From a bacterium (GTDB taxonomy: Bacteria; SAR324; XYD2-FULL-50-16; G965216635), in NCBI GenBank assembly GCA_965216635.1, contig OZ244188.1, forward strand, positions 1,696,001 through 1,760,000: a DNA stretch of 64,000 nucleotides. The letters are read 5' to 3'. This document shows, piece by piece, positions 19,476-29,901 of this stretch (the stretch's first letter is position 1; every line of letters begins with the position of its first letter). A model generated the notes under the pieces. It searched no databases. It was not told the DNA's origin and saw nothing but the letters and a program-made list of their open reading frames with translations. A program made the position numbers and the translations under genes.

Positions 19476-19570
19476 TACTAGCAAATTTTTTTACTAGCAA
19501 TTTTTTTTACCGGCAAATTTTTTTACCAGTAATTTTTTTTACCAGTAATTTTTTTAACTGGTAAATTTCT
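19476..19570. repeat. Six tandem ~16-17 bp units (TAC[T/C][A/G]G[C/T]AA-Tn)
   Basis: tactagcaaattttttt, actagcaatttttttt, accggcaaattttttt, accagtaatttttttt x2, aactggtaaattt in the divergent lolA/PHP intergenic region. Confidence 0.8.
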
Positions 19571-19612
19571 TTAAAAGATGTTAACCTCTAAAAAATTATA
19601 CAAGCTCTAAAA

Positions 19613-20533
19613 ATGTCACTAGAAATTCCCATAGATTTGCATATTCATTCCAACCACTCCGACGGAAGTGATAGTCCGCAAGAAATTCTTACGCAAGCAG
19701 AAAAATTAAACTTAAAAATCATTGCCTTGACAGATCACGATGCTATCTCAGGCACACTTGCTATGTTAAAATTAAATCCTACAAATATAAAAATCATCCC
19801 CGGCATAGAGTTAGAAACTACTGTGCCTCAATTCCAAAGAACGGTTCATATTTTGGGTTACGGGATGAATAAAAACTTGACGGGTTTTCAAAAAAAATTG
19901 GAAGTATTGCAAATGTATCGTTGGGAGAGAAATGTTAAAATGATCCAAAAATTGCAAAGTTTGGGATTGAGTATAGATATAAAAGAGCTTTGTAGAGGCA
20001 TACCTAATTCTGCTGGTAAAAAAGACGACGATGTTTTAAAATCTGCAGGCCGTCCCCATCTAGCAGACTATCTAATACAAAAAGGCTATTGTTCAAATTT
20101 TTATCAAGTGTTCGCAGAATACCTTTCTGAAACTACAGGGAAGGCTTATATTCCTAAAAAATCCGCGTCTGTGGAAGATTCCATTGCTTTGATTCATCAA
20201 TTTGGGGGGAAGGCTTTTTTAGCTCATCCCAATGCTTTGCAGTTAGAGGACTCAAAAATGGATTTATTAATTCAAAGTTTGAAACAAACCAAATTGGATG
20301 GGGTAGAAATTTATAACTCTTCCATTAAAAAATATAAGTATAGTTGTTTTTTGAAAAAACTAACGCAAAAACACCAGCTACTATTTTCTGGAGGGTCAGA
20401 TTATCACGGTAAGTTTAAGAAAAATATCCACTTGGGTCAAATTTGCCAAGATAAAAAAATAAAAAAAATCACCACTCAAAATGTTAGTGCTTGGTTTGTA
20501 GAAAATTTTTGGAACAATGGAACAACAAACTAA
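19613..20533 (+). CDS. PHP domain phosphoesterase (TrpH/YciV-like)
   Basis: DLHIHS-x2-SDG, TDHD, GIE, HILGY, GRPH, LAHP, GGSDYHG. Confidence 0.9.
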   Translation: MSLEIPIDLHIHSNHSDGSDSPQEILTQAEKLNLKIIALTDHDAISGTLAMLKLNPTNIKIIPGIELETTVPQFQRTVHILGYGMNKNLTGFQKKLEVLQMYRWERNVKMIQKLQSLGLSIDIKELCRGIPNSAGKKDDDVLKSAGRPHLADYLIQKGYCSNFYQVFAEYLSETTGKAYIPKKSASVEDSIALIHQFGGKAFLAHPNALQLEDSKMDLLIQSLKQTKLDGVEIYNSSIKKYKYSCFLKKLTQKHQLLFSGGSDYHGKFKKNIHLGQICQDKKIKKITTQNVSAWFVENFWNNGTTN

Positions 20534-21902
20534 AATCCCTTTTGACGACCAGATAGAAAAAGCTGTTTTAGGGGCTATTATGCAAAACAACGAAGTTTTG
20601 TTAAACCTCACTAGTTCTTTAAAGAGCAATAGTTTTTATCTCAAAAAACATAGAGATATTTATCAGGTTATGTTGGATCTTTTTGAAGAATCTATTCCTA
20701 TTGACGAAATTATTTTAGGAGAAAAATTAAACCAAAAAGGTATTTTAGAAGATTGCGGTAGCTATCTCTACCTTATAGAATTATTAGATTCGGCTCCCGC
20801 CCCAGAAAATATTGATCATTACAGTAAAATACTACGAGAGCATTTTATCACTCGTGAAATTATCCGTATTTCTACAGAGATTATGGAGAAAACCCGCATT
20901 CCTAATAAAAATGTCCCCGAGCTACTAGAAGGAGCTCAATCTCAAATTGAAAGAATCGCACAAGAGCAAACAGAAAAACCCTACCAAGAATTTAAAACGA
21001 ATTTAGATGAAACTGTCCAAAAAATAAAAGCTCTTTCAAAAAACAAAAAACTCTACACAGGAGTTCAAACAGGTTTTTCCACTTTGGATAATGCTACTTC
21101 TGGCTTACAAAAATCCGATTTAATCATAGTGGCTGCTAGACCGGGAATGGGTAAAACAGCGCTCTCTCTCAACATATCGCAATTCATTGCTTTAAAAAGC
21201 AATCAAGCAGTGGCTTTTTTTAGTTTAGAAATGTCTGCCGAGCAAATTTGCACTAGAATACTCAGTTCTGAATTAGAGATTAGTAGCGACAAACTCAGAA
21301 GCGGTAAATTAGGCGAAGATGACTGGAAAAAGATTAATGAAAAAACAGAGACAATAAAAGAAGCTCCGCTTTATATTTGTGATAAAGGAGCTTTGAGCAC
21401 TTTTGAATTTCAAACTTTAAGTAAGCAAATATACAGAAAATTAGACGGAAACCTTGCTTTAATTGTAGTGGATTATCTACAACTTATGCACTCCACCAAC
21501 AGATACCAAAATAGACAAGAAGAAATCGCAGATATTGCTCGCTGTTTAAAAAGCGTAGCTAAAGAATTGCATATCCCTATTATTGCTAACGCACAGCTAA
21601 ACAGAGATGTAGAAAAAAGAACCGATAAAAGACCAGTCCTATCCGATTTAAGGGAATCTGGTACTTTGGAACAGGATGCGGATATTATACTTTTTATTTA
21701 CCGAGAAGGAGTTTATAATAAAAACTCCACACAGAATCCTGATGTTTCAGAAATTTTGGTGCGTAAATTTAGAAATGGGGAAATAGGAGAGCATTGGCTT
21801 ATTTTTAAAGGAGAATACACGAAATTTATTTCTGTAGATCCGGAATACGCAGCAATACTTAGAAATAGAGGAAAGGAAGAATTTTCAACTGATATTTATT
21901 AA
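20517..21902 (+). CDS. dnaB: Replicative DNA helicase
   Basis: AARPGMGKT, FSLEMS, VDYLQL, QLNR, SDLRESG-x2-EQDAD; no intein. Confidence 0.97.
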   Translation: MEQQTKIPFDDQIEKAVLGAIMQNNEVLLNLTSSLKSNSFYLKKHRDIYQVMLDLFEESIPIDEIILGEKLNQKGILEDCGSYLYLIELLDSAPAPENIDHYSKILREHFITREIIRISTEIMEKTRIPNKNVPELLEGAQSQIERIAQEQTEKPYQEFKTNLDETVQKIKALSKNKKLYTGVQTGFSTLDNATSGLQKSDLIIVAARPGMGKTALSLNISQFIALKSNQAVAFFSLEMSAEQICTRILSSELEISSDKLRSGKLGEDDWKKINEKTETIKEAPLYICDKGALSTFEFQTLSKQIYRKLDGNLALIVVDYLQLMHSTNRYQNRQEEIADIARCLKSVAKELHIPIIANAQLNRDVEKRTDKRPVLSDLRESGTLEQDADIILFIYREGVYNKNSTQNPDVSEILVRKFRNGEIGEHWLIFKGEYTKFISVDPEYAAILRNRGKEEFSTDIY

Positions 21903-21939
21903 ACAAAAAATTATTAAAAAAACCTAAAGATTAAAACCT

Positions 21940-23226
21940 ATGAATGATAATACAGCAACCTTATCCTACAAAGACAAAAACTACGATTTAAAAATTATAA
22001 GAGGCACAGAAGGAGAAGAAGCCATAGATATAAAACACTTGCGGAAAGAAACTGGTTTGATCTCCTTAGATCCAGGTATGGTCAATACTGGTTCCACAGA
22101 AAGCTCCATTACCTTTATTGATGGTGGCAAAGGAATTTTGAGATACAGAGGTTACAACATCGCCGAGCTTTGTGAAAAATCTGACTATCTGGAAGTAGCT
22201 TACCTACTAATTTTTGGAGAACTTCCTCAAAAAAAGGAGCTAGAGGATTTTACCTATTCGGTCACCAGACACACTATGATAAGCGAGGAATACAAAAAAT
22301 ATTTTGATGTTTGGCCCCAAGAGGCTCAGCCTATGGCAATTTTAGCTTCTGCGATTGCTTGTATGTCCAGTTTTTATGCAAATAAAGACGAAAAACACGA
22401 AAACGAAAATGTTTCTATTCTACGTCTTTTGGCTAAAGTTCCCACTTTGGCAGCCTACGCTTACAAGAAATCTATTGGGCAGCCTTTTGTCTATCCCCAA
22501 AATAATTTGAGCTATCCAGCCAATTTCTTAAATATGATGTATTCCATTCCTTGCGAATCTTATGAAGTAGATCCTATTTTTGAAAAAGCGCTCAATCAAC
22601 TTTTGATTCTACACGCAGATCACGAACAAAACTGTTCTACTTCTTCGGTGCGGCTAGTCGGCAGCAGTAAAGTTAATATCTACGCTTCTGTTGCCGCTGG
22701 AATTTTGGGGCTTTGGGGACCCTTGCACGGCGGAGCTAATGAAGCTGTTTTGAATATGCTAGAGCAAATAGAAAAAGATGGTTGCAATGTAAAAAAATTT
22801 ATTGATAAAGCGAAAGACCCTAAAGATTCTTTTCGTTTAATGGGATTTGGGCACAGAATTTATAAAAATTTTGATCCTAGAGCGAGCATTATTAAAGAAA
22901 CCTGTTCTGAAATTTTAGCGACAAAAAAAATCTCTGATTCGCAACTGGATATAGCCCAAAAAATAGAAGAAATTGCCTTAAAAGACGATTATTTTATAGA
23001 AAGAAAACTTTACCCCAATGTAGATTTTTATAGCGGAATTATCTACAGGGCAATGGATATTCCTACCAATATGTTCACCGTGATGTTCACCTTAGGAAGA
23101 ATAGCGGGTTGGTTAGCACACTGGAAAGAAATGTATAAAGACCCGCATTTTCGTATCGGCAGACCCAGACAAATCTACCAAGGTAACACAGAAAGAGCCT
23201 ATGTTTCTATGGAAAAAAGAGGCTAG
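21940..23226 (+). CDS. gltA: Citrate synthase
   Basis: GILRYRGY, LHADHEQNCST, GPLHGGANE, MGFGHR, YPNVDFYSG. Confidence 0.97.
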   Translation: MNDNTATLSYKDKNYDLKIIRGTEGEEAIDIKHLRKETGLISLDPGMVNTGSTESSITFIDGGKGILRYRGYNIAELCEKSDYLEVAYLLIFGELPQKKELEDFTYSVTRHTMISEEYKKYFDVWPQEAQPMAILASAIACMSSFYANKDEKHENENVSILRLLAKVPTLAAYAYKKSIGQPFVYPQNNLSYPANFLNMMYSIPCESYEVDPIFEKALNQLLILHADHEQNCSTSSVRLVGSSKVNIYASVAAGILGLWGPLHGGANEAVLNMLEQIEKDGCNVKKFIDKAKDPKDSFRLMGFGHRIYKNFDPRASIIKETCSEILATKKISDSQLDIAQKIEEIALKDDYFIERKLYPNVDFYSGIIYRAMDIPTNMFTVMFTLGRIAGWLAHWKEMYKDPHFRIGRPRQIYQGNTERAYVSMEKRG

Positions 23227-23321
23227 AAACCTTTTGCATTAGCGTTCCAGTATATTAAATAGACTTTTGAAATTCTTAAAGAAGATGAAATTTGGAAAAT
23301 TATAATCTACCTACATAAATT

Positions 23322-24560
23322 ATGAATACTTTGTTAAAAATAACCCTCTTTGCTTTTTTGGTGTCCATTTTTTCTTGCTCTTCCTCCAAAAATACAGATA
23401 AGGCAAAAGAGTGGGGTCCAGGAGTAGAGAAATTTCTGATTCCACTCACTTTTCCCGATTCCGAATGGTCTGCTGAAGATTTTGGAAAACAAACCACACA
23501 AGCAGAGAAAAAAATCCTACAAAAATTTCTACCTAGAATTTACATCGCAAAAAATTCTCTCGTTCCTTTGGATTTTTACCAAGAATACTTGCCCCAATCT
23601 GTTTTAAAAGGCGGATCAAAAAAAAACGTAAGTGCGACCTCTTCGGGCAAAAAAATTAACCGCAAGCAACTCAAAGCAGTGGAGAGAAGCGCGGGCTATT
23701 TTTTAGATTATCAAGGAGAGTTTAAAAAATGTATTTTACCAGAATGCGCCTTAAAAACCCGCAGCATCTACGGCAGAGTGTTTTATGAAGATATGTTGCC
23801 TCCTAAAAAATACCAAAGTGAAGAAAAAATTTCTTTTACGGTCTTAAAATATAACCTTGTTTTTGCAGCCAGCGGTCTACCATTCAAGATGAGTTGGTAT
23901 AAAAATTTTGGTACTGCCTTAATAGGCGACAGAGAAAATTGGCACGAATTGGATATACACGGAGCTATCCAAATTTTAGTTTCTAAAAAAACAGGTATTC
24001 CTGAAGTTTTACTTTTGGCTCAACACAACCATTTCCGTAGTTATGCCATAGGCAAAGACATCTTGCTGCCAAAAGACAATAGAATAGAAATTTGTATTGC
24101 TATCCGCTCTAACGAACCCTACCTTTGTGCGGAAACAACAAAGCTATTTCGCACCGTGGGTAATCCTAATAAATTTGAATTTGTGCTAGGAGGTAAGGCA
24201 TCTTTTTTTGATGGAGGCTACGACTTAGTAGAAGCAAAACAAACCTCTGTCATGCAAAAACTACAATTAAAATTTTTACCCTCAAGAGACCCTCTTTATA
24301 CAAGCTGGATTGATTTGGGAGGTAAAAACAAAATTTTGGGAATTTTTCCTTCTTTTTTTAGAAGCGCTCCTCCCGGTATTAATATGAATACTACTCCTAA
24401 ACTAAAAAAATATACTGATATAGCAAAGGTGTGGTATTTTTTAGAAAAGGACCAGCAACAAATAAAACTGTTTAATGAAATGGGAAGTTTTTTTGATCCG
24501 AACTTAGGTCCTCTTTTGGAGTATAATGGGGGGCGGTTGTGGGAAGCTCTAAGGCATTAG
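23322..24560 (+). CDS. Hypothetical lipoprotein
   Basis: Hydrophobic signal with IFS-C lipobox-like site; WHELDIH and QHNH His-rich motifs. Confidence 0.7.
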   Translation: MNTLLKITLFAFLVSIFSCSSSKNTDKAKEWGPGVEKFLIPLTFPDSEWSAEDFGKQTTQAEKKILQKFLPRIYIAKNSLVPLDFYQEYLPQSVLKGGSKKNVSATSSGKKINRKQLKAVERSAGYFLDYQGEFKKCILPECALKTRSIYGRVFYEDMLPPKKYQSEEKISFTVLKYNLVFAASGLPFKMSWYKNFGTALIGDRENWHELDIHGAIQILVSKKTGIPEVLLLAQHNHFRSYAIGKDILLPKDNRIEICIAIRSNEPYLCAETTKLFRTVGNPNKFEFVLGGKASFFDGGYDLVEAKQTSVMQKLQLKFLPSRDPLYTSWIDLGGKNKILGIFPSFFRSAPPGINMNTTPKLKKYTDIAKVWYFLEKDQQQIKLFNEMGSFFDPNLGPLLEYNGGRLWEALRH

Positions 24561-24572
24561 GAGACTATTGAA

Positions 24573-25508
24573 TTAGTTTTTTAAAAAATCATCAATAAAA
24601 CCTAATTTCTCGTCGTCAGAAAATTCACAGCTATTTCTCCAATGAACATCCTTTATTCTTTTATACCATGTTCTTTGTCTTTTAGCCAATTGGCGGCTTT
24701 TTTGTTGTATTTCTTGAATCATCGCTTGTTTTTTTAAGCTGTTTTTTGGAGAGTCCGATTGTAAAAAATCTACAACCTGCTTATAGCCAATGGAAAAAAG
24801 CGCTGGACTGCTGACAGAATAATTTTTTAAGATGGAGTCCACCTCTTTTATCCAACCCGCTTGAAACATATCCAATACTCTTTGATTGATTCTGTAGTTT
24901 GCTTCTTCTTTAGAAATTTTTATTCCTATAAATAGAGTTTGGTAATATTCTTTTTTTTTTTGGCTTTCGTGAAAAGAAAAAATACTTTTCCCACTACTTA
25001 AAAACACTTCTAGAGCCCTCAAAATTCTCTGGCTATCTTTAGGGTGGATTTTTTTTGCTGCCAACGGATCCTTTTCTTGCAATTTTTGGTATCCCAGCCC
25101 TTTCTCAAAAAAATTTTTTGCTTGAAGTTTGGTTTTTTTACTTATAGCGGGCAAACTAGCCATACCATAAATCAAAGAACGAACATAAAGCCAATTTCCT
25201 CCAATAAGAATAGGAATTTTTTTTTTTTGATAAATGCAATCTATCGCTTGAGCAGCATCACGAATAAATTTTCCTGCACTATAAATTTGGTCTGGCTCTA
25301 TCATATCAACCAAATGGTGCGGTATTTTTTTTAATAGCTCTGGACTAGGTTTTGCCGAGCCTATATCTAGTTTTTTATAAATTTGCACAGAATCCGAAGA
25401 AATAATCTCACCACCAAACCCCATTTTTTTTAGTTTTTCTACAAGTTTAAGAGAAATTTCTGTCTTACCGCTCGCAGTTGTTCCTAAAAGAACCAAAAGT
25501 TTTTTCAT
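24573..25508 (-). CDS. miaA: tRNA dimethylallyltransferase
   Basis: GTTASGKT, DSVQIY-x2-LDIGSAKP, RALEV, IGYKQ, AKRQRTW. Confidence 0.96.
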   Translation of the reverse strand: MKKLLVLLGTTASGKTEISLKLVEKLKKMGFGGEIISSDSVQIYKKLDIGSAKPSPELLKKIPHHLVDMIEPDQIYSAGKFIRDAAQAIDCIYQKKKIPILIGGNWLYVRSLIYGMASLPAISKKTKLQAKNFFEKGLGYQKLQEKDPLAAKKIHPKDSQRILRALEVFLSSGKSIFSFHESQKKKEYYQTLFIGIKISKEEANYRINQRVLDMFQAGWIKEVDSILKNYSVSSPALFSIGYKQVVDFLQSDSPKNSLKKQAMIQEIQQKSRQLAKRQRTWYKRIKDVHWRNSCEFSDDEKLGFIDDFLKN

Positions 25509-25566
25509 TTTTGAGGCTTTTGCGTCAGTAGTGGTAGACTTTCTCTAAATTTTAGTTGTTCCGCTC

Positions 25567-27675
25567 TTATGCTCTTTTAAAAATTCTATCCAACTCCTTC
25601 TCTTCACGAAAAACAATTACAGGACGGCCGTGAGGACAGTAAAGATCTACTCCCGAACTATAAAGTTGCAAAATAAGATTTTTCATCTCTTGATGACTCA
25701 TTTGGTTGACTCCTGTTTGCCCGCGAATAGAAGAATGGCAAGCCATAGTTTGTAGACAAGAGAGGATAAATTGCTGTTGCTCTCCCATCTTACCGAAAAT
25801 TTGCCATTCATCCAAAACTTCTAAGATGAAGTCTCTAATGACTTTTTCTTGATTTTTATCGTTTCTCAAAATAGAAGGAATTTCTTTGATAGAAATATCT
25901 CCATTTCCAAAATCTTCCACTTCAAAACCTATAGAATGCCAAAAATGGGCTTGCTCTTGAATGCTTTGAGCTTCTTTGGGAGAAAAAGAAACCAAGAAAG
26001 GATTGAGTAAAATATAACTTTCTAATCTTTTTTTTTTCTCCTGATTGCCTTGATAGATTTTTTTAAGTTCTTCAAAACGGATTCTCTCGTGAGCAGCGTG
26101 AACATCTACAATAGCTAAACGCCGCTCAATAACAGCAAAAAGGTATTTAGTAAATACACCTAAAATAGAACAAAAAGGCACCCGCTCTTTGCGGACTTCC
26201 GCCTCATTTGTCTCTTTAGGGGACAAATCGGAGGCGGGTGAATTTACTTCTGCAGCAGCTGTTTTTTTGAAACCTTCCTTTAAAATATCACTTCCCTTCA
26301 AAATAGACGAATTCAAAGCGAAATTTTCTAAACTCTGCGAAACTCTGCTGTCCTGAATTCTACTGCTAAAATTTTCGTCTTGAGGATAAAAATCAGCCGC
26401 AGAGGATTCTTTAATAAAACTTGAATCCAATTCTTGTTTTTTAGATATTTCTCTGTTAAATATTTCTTTGCTAGAAAAAGGAGAGCCAAAAGACGCCGTT
26501 TGAGTGGGGCTTTGAGGAGCAGTATTTTGTGCCCCAATATTTTCAGCAGTATTTTGTGCCCCAATATTTTCTGGAGTATTTTGTGCCCCAATATTTTCTG
26601 GAGTATTTTGTGCCCCAATATTTTCTGGAAACATCTTATCTGGGGGCATTTTGTAACGTTCTCTAGATTGAGTACGTAATTGCGATTGAATTTGCTCGCT
26701 GATAATCGTCTGCACTAGTTGATGATTTTTTAAGCGAACTGCGATTTTAGCAGGATGCACATTTACGTCTATTTCTTCAGGAGCTAAAATCAATTTAATT
26801 AAATAAACGGGGTGCATTTGGCGAGGTAGCAGACTTCCATAACCTTTATAAATAGCTTTACTAATGTAACTATTTCTTATATGTCTGCCATTGATATACT
26901 CGTACTGCATTTTTTTATTGATGCGGCAAAAATCGGGCAACGAAATATAGCCTTCAAAGTTAAGATAGGATTCTTGATGTTTTAAGAAAATAAAATTTTC
27001 CACTATTTTTTTTCCTAAACAATCTGTCAGCCTCTGGGTAAAGTCTTTTCTCTTCGGCAACTCTAAAAGAGTTTTTTTTTCGTCTAAAAGCCGAAATTCT
27101 ATTTCAGGATGCACAAGAGCAAAACAGATAATTTCGCTATATATTTTGTCTATTTCGCTTTTTATAGGTCTAAGAAATTTTAAGCGGGCGGGAATATTTT
27201 GAAAAATATTTTTTACCACAACTCTAGAGCCTCTAGAAAACCCCGTATAAGTTTCAGAGGTTTTTTTACCAAAATCCAAACAAAGACTAAACCCAGCTTC
27301 TTCATCGCTTTCACTTGTAGTGATCTCTAGTTCTGAAACAGAAGCAATGGCAGCTAGCGCTTCTCCGCGAAATCCAAGGCTACAAATGGAATAAAGCTCG
27401 GCTATGTTTCTGATTTTACTCGTAGCGTGCCGTTCTACAGCTAAACGACAATCATCGGCATTCATACCCTTCCCGTCGTCTAGCACTTGAATAAAATCTC
27501 TGCCTCCATTTTTCACACTAACCATAATTTTGGAAGCTTCAGCGTCTATGGAGTTTTCTACAAGCTCTTTGATAACAGAAAAAGGACTTTCTACAACTTC
27601 ACCTGCAGCGATTTGATTGATAAGATTTTCTGGAAGTTTTTGGATCTGTTGCATGGCTCTTTTTGATTTTTTCAA
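25567..27675 (-). CDS. mutL: DNA mismatch repair protein MutL
   Basis: NQIAAGEVVE, KELVENSIDA, GFRGEAL, DVNVHP; endonuclease motifs DVHAAHER, ACH, CPHGRP. Confidence 0.96.
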   Translation of the reverse strand: MKKSKRAMQQIQKLPENLINQIAAGEVVESPFSVIKELVENSIDAEASKIMVSVKNGGRDFIQVLDDGKGMNADDCRLAVERHATSKIRNIAELYSICSLGFRGEALAAIASVSELEITTSESDEEAGFSLCLDFGKKTSETYTGFSRGSRVVVKNIFQNIPARLKFLRPIKSEIDKIYSEIICFALVHPEIEFRLLDEKKTLLELPKRKDFTQRLTDCLGKKIVENFIFLKHQESYLNFEGYISLPDFCRINKKMQYEYINGRHIRNSYISKAIYKGYGSLLPRQMHPVYLIKLILAPEEIDVNVHPAKIAVRLKNHQLVQTIISEQIQSQLRTQSRERYKMPPDKMFPENIGAQNTPENIGAQNTPENIGAQNTAENIGAQNTAPQSPTQTASFGSPFSSKEIFNREISKKQELDSSFIKESSAADFYPQDENFSSRIQDSRVSQSLENFALNSSILKGSDILKEGFKKTAAAEVNSPASDLSPKETNEAEVRKERVPFCSILGVFTKYLFAVIERRLAIVDVHAAHERIRFEELKKIYQGNQEKKKRLESYILLNPFLVSFSPKEAQSIQEQAHFWHSIGFEVEDFGNGDISIKEIPSILRNDKNQEKVIRDFILEVLDEWQIFGKMGEQQQFILSCLQTMACHSSIRGQTGVNQMSHQEMKNLILQLYSSGVDLYCPHGRPVIVFREEKELDRIFKRA
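26519..26628. repeat. Four tandem 27-bp in-frame repeats in the mutL linker (PENIGAQNT)
   Basis: g(c/g)agtattttgtgccccaatattttc(a/t) starting at 26519, 26546, 26573 and 26600. Confidence 0.97.
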
Positions 27676-27685
27676 ACAGCAGTTT

Positions 27686-28474
27686 TTAGGCGATTTTTTC
27701 TTTTCTTAAAAAAATATAAGTATCTTTTGAGGATTCTGCGTTAGAAAAAGCATAGCCTTTGTAGTTAAAATCTTTAAGGTCTGTTATTTTTTCAATGTTA
27801 TTTTCTACAACAAACCTAGCCATCAAGCCGCGTGCTTTTTTGGCGAAAAATTGAATAAACCTAAACTTTCCATTCTTAAAATCCTTAAAAACAATTTTAT
27901 AAACCTGAGATTTTAATTTTTCTTTTGCAAGAGCTGCAAAATATTCCTCGCTTGCTAGATTTATAAGCGGTTCATTTTCTGCTAGTTCTTTGTTTAAAAA
28001 TTCTGTTAAAGCAGTCTTCCAAAAGCTATGTAAATTTTGGTGTCTGCCTACTTTTAGCTGTGTTCCCATTTCCAAACGGTAGGCTTGGATTAAATCCAAA
28101 GGTTTTAAAATTCCATAAAGCCCAGATAAAATTCGCACCTTATCTTGCAGAACTAAAATTTTCTCTTGCGGTAGACTATAGACGTCTAGCCCCAGATAGA
28201 CATCTCCTTTAAAAGCAAAAACAGCCTGTCTAAAATTTTTTTGGAGGATTTCTTTTCTAGAGAAAGGAGGTTGCCAATTTTGATTTCTCTCCCAATTTAA
28301 TTGAGCTAGTTTTTCGGAAATATTCATTAGACGGGTTAATTGTTTAGGAGTCTTTCTAACTAGACTTCCGTGTATAATTTCAGCCTGTTCTAAAAAAGTA
28401 GCTTGTGAAAAACTACCCGTTGGAATAGCTGATTTAAAATCCAAAGCTTTCGCTGGCGAAATGATAAGTTTCAT
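27686..28474 (-). CDS. yaaA: Peroxide stress protein YaaA (UPF0246)
   Basis: IISPAK, F-x-GDVY, ILSGLYG-x-LKPLD, YRLEMG, NLASEEY, AKKARG. Confidence 0.95.
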   Translation of the reverse strand: MKLIISPAKALDFKSAIPTGSFSQATFLEQAEIIHGSLVRKTPKQLTRLMNISEKLAQLNWERNQNWQPPFSRKEILQKNFRQAVFAFKGDVYLGLDVYSLPQEKILVLQDKVRILSGLYGILKPLDLIQAYRLEMGTQLKVGRHQNLHSFWKTALTEFLNKELAENEPLINLASEEYFAALAKEKLKSQVYKIVFKDFKNGKFRFIQFFAKKARGLMARFVVENNIEKITDLKDFNYKGYAFSNAESSKDTYIFLRKEKIA

Positions 28475-29702
28475 TTTTTACAATCTTTTTGTTTTTTCTC
28501 TGGCATATAAATTCTTCAGTTTTGTTTTTTCCTAAGTGCTTTGCTATATTTTTAAATATAGATTCTGCAAATAAATTTTTATTGATTTCAATACCAACCC
28601 CTATACGCCCCATTTTTTGAGCCTGTATTGCGCTAGTAAAACTACCAGCAAACGGATCTAATACAATTTCATTTTTCCCTGTTAGCATTTTTATTGCGAA
28701 CTCTGGTATTTCAAAAGGGAACGGTGCAGTATGTCCTAGTATATTTTCCCCATTGCTATTTATTTTTCTGACTGTATTAATTTTGATTATATCCTTATGC
28801 CACTGTTTCACAAAATTAGAGTCAATAATATTCTGTTTGTTTTTTAACGAGTTCATCATCACGCTTCTAGCTGAAAACCGTTTTCCCCTATTGGACACAC
28901 TCCTTTCAAAACATTCCAAATTTTTACATTCCCAAGATTTAATTCCTACCCCAGCATAAGCATTACCATTTACCTTTAAACAACCGCAAACAGGACAAGG
29001 ATAAAGTGCTTTATCTTCTTTATGTTTATAAAATACCATAATATGCTCGTAAGAATTTATAGGGTATTGATAAAGCGGATAAGGATTGTCTCCATTTTTA
29101 TGCCTTTGAGATTCAACTTCTCCTTTATCCCAAATAAAATCATCAATAAATTTAAAATTGCATTCCTCAAAAATTTTAATAAAATAAGCCCCTAACGGTA
29201 TACGCCTAGCCCCCCATTTTGATTTTGTATCTAAATTATCATTTCCAGTTATATCTCCAATATTAAAAACCCAAGCTCTATGATTTTCTAGTGCTCTATA
29301 ACTTTCTTTAATAATTTCTTTCATATCATTTAGATAATCATCTAAATTTTTCCATTGTGAATAATCTCTAGCATTATAGTAAGGCGGCGATGTTACCATC
29401 AGTTGTATGCTTTCCGAGTCCATCTGCTCTAAAGCATTTAGACAATCTCCCCATATTATTTTAACTTTGCTATTGTCTACGGAGATGAAATCAGATAGAT
29501 TTTTATTACTTTTTTTGTATTTTTTTTGTTCTAATTGTTTTCTATAAGAAGAATAAAGAACACAAAATTCAGAAATTGTTTCTTCTCTATTTTTATTTTT
29601 TAGAGATTCTAGCTTATGAATAAACTTGGAGAGTTCGTTTTTATTAAACGACCTTTTGAGATAAGAATCACTTATTTTTAGAATTGTTTCTATGTAAGCC
29701 AT
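28434..29702 (-). CDS. Site-specific DNA amino-methyltransferase, beta class (probably N4-cytosine)
   Basis: GDCL, TSPPY (motif IV) precedes HTAPFP and LDPFAGS (motif I). Confidence 0.9.
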   Translation of the reverse strand: MAYIETILKISDSYLKRSFNKNELSKFIHKLESLKNKNREETISEFCVLYSSYRKQLEQKKYKKSNKNLSDFISVDNSKVKIIWGDCLNALEQMDSESIQLMVTSPPYYNARDYSQWKNLDDYLNDMKEIIKESYRALENHRAWVFNIGDITGNDNLDTKSKWGARRIPLGAYFIKIFEECNFKFIDDFIWDKGEVESQRHKNGDNPYPLYQYPINSYEHIMVFYKHKEDKALYPCPVCGCLKVNGNAYAGVGIKSWECKNLECFERSVSNRGKRFSARSVMMNSLKNKQNIIDSNFVKQWHKDIIKINTVRKINSNGENILGHTAPFPFEIPEFAIKMLTGKNEIVLDPFAGSFTSAIQAQKMGRIGVGIEINKNLFAESIFKNIAKHLGKNKTEEFICQRKNKKIVKNETYHFASESFGF

Positions 29703-29892
29703 TATCTTTTTATATTCTTAAAATCATTTTTAGTTTATCTTATTTTTAGATATTTTTGCAAATTTTTATCTAAAAAAGTAATCTCAAAAGAATAAACCCT
29801 AATATTTTAGATAAAGCCAGACAGAAAAAATAGCTAGCTAGCAAAGAAAAATAGCTAGACAGCAAAAAAAAAGATTTATTTATTTTCTTTTT

Positions 29893-29901
29893 TGCTATAG
29901 T
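29893..29901 (+). promoter_or_regulatory. Extended -10 promoter element TGcTATAGT of the OMP genes
   Basis: Same element in the conserved upstream block at 31428, 32930, 34485, 56700 and 58077; variant TGcTACTTT before 55440. Confidence 0.55.

Noticed and set aside
26328..26679. Repeat-containing ORFs overlapping mutL (ILGHKILQK / ILCPNIFWS)
   Set aside because: Alternative-frame readings of the 27-bp minisatellite.
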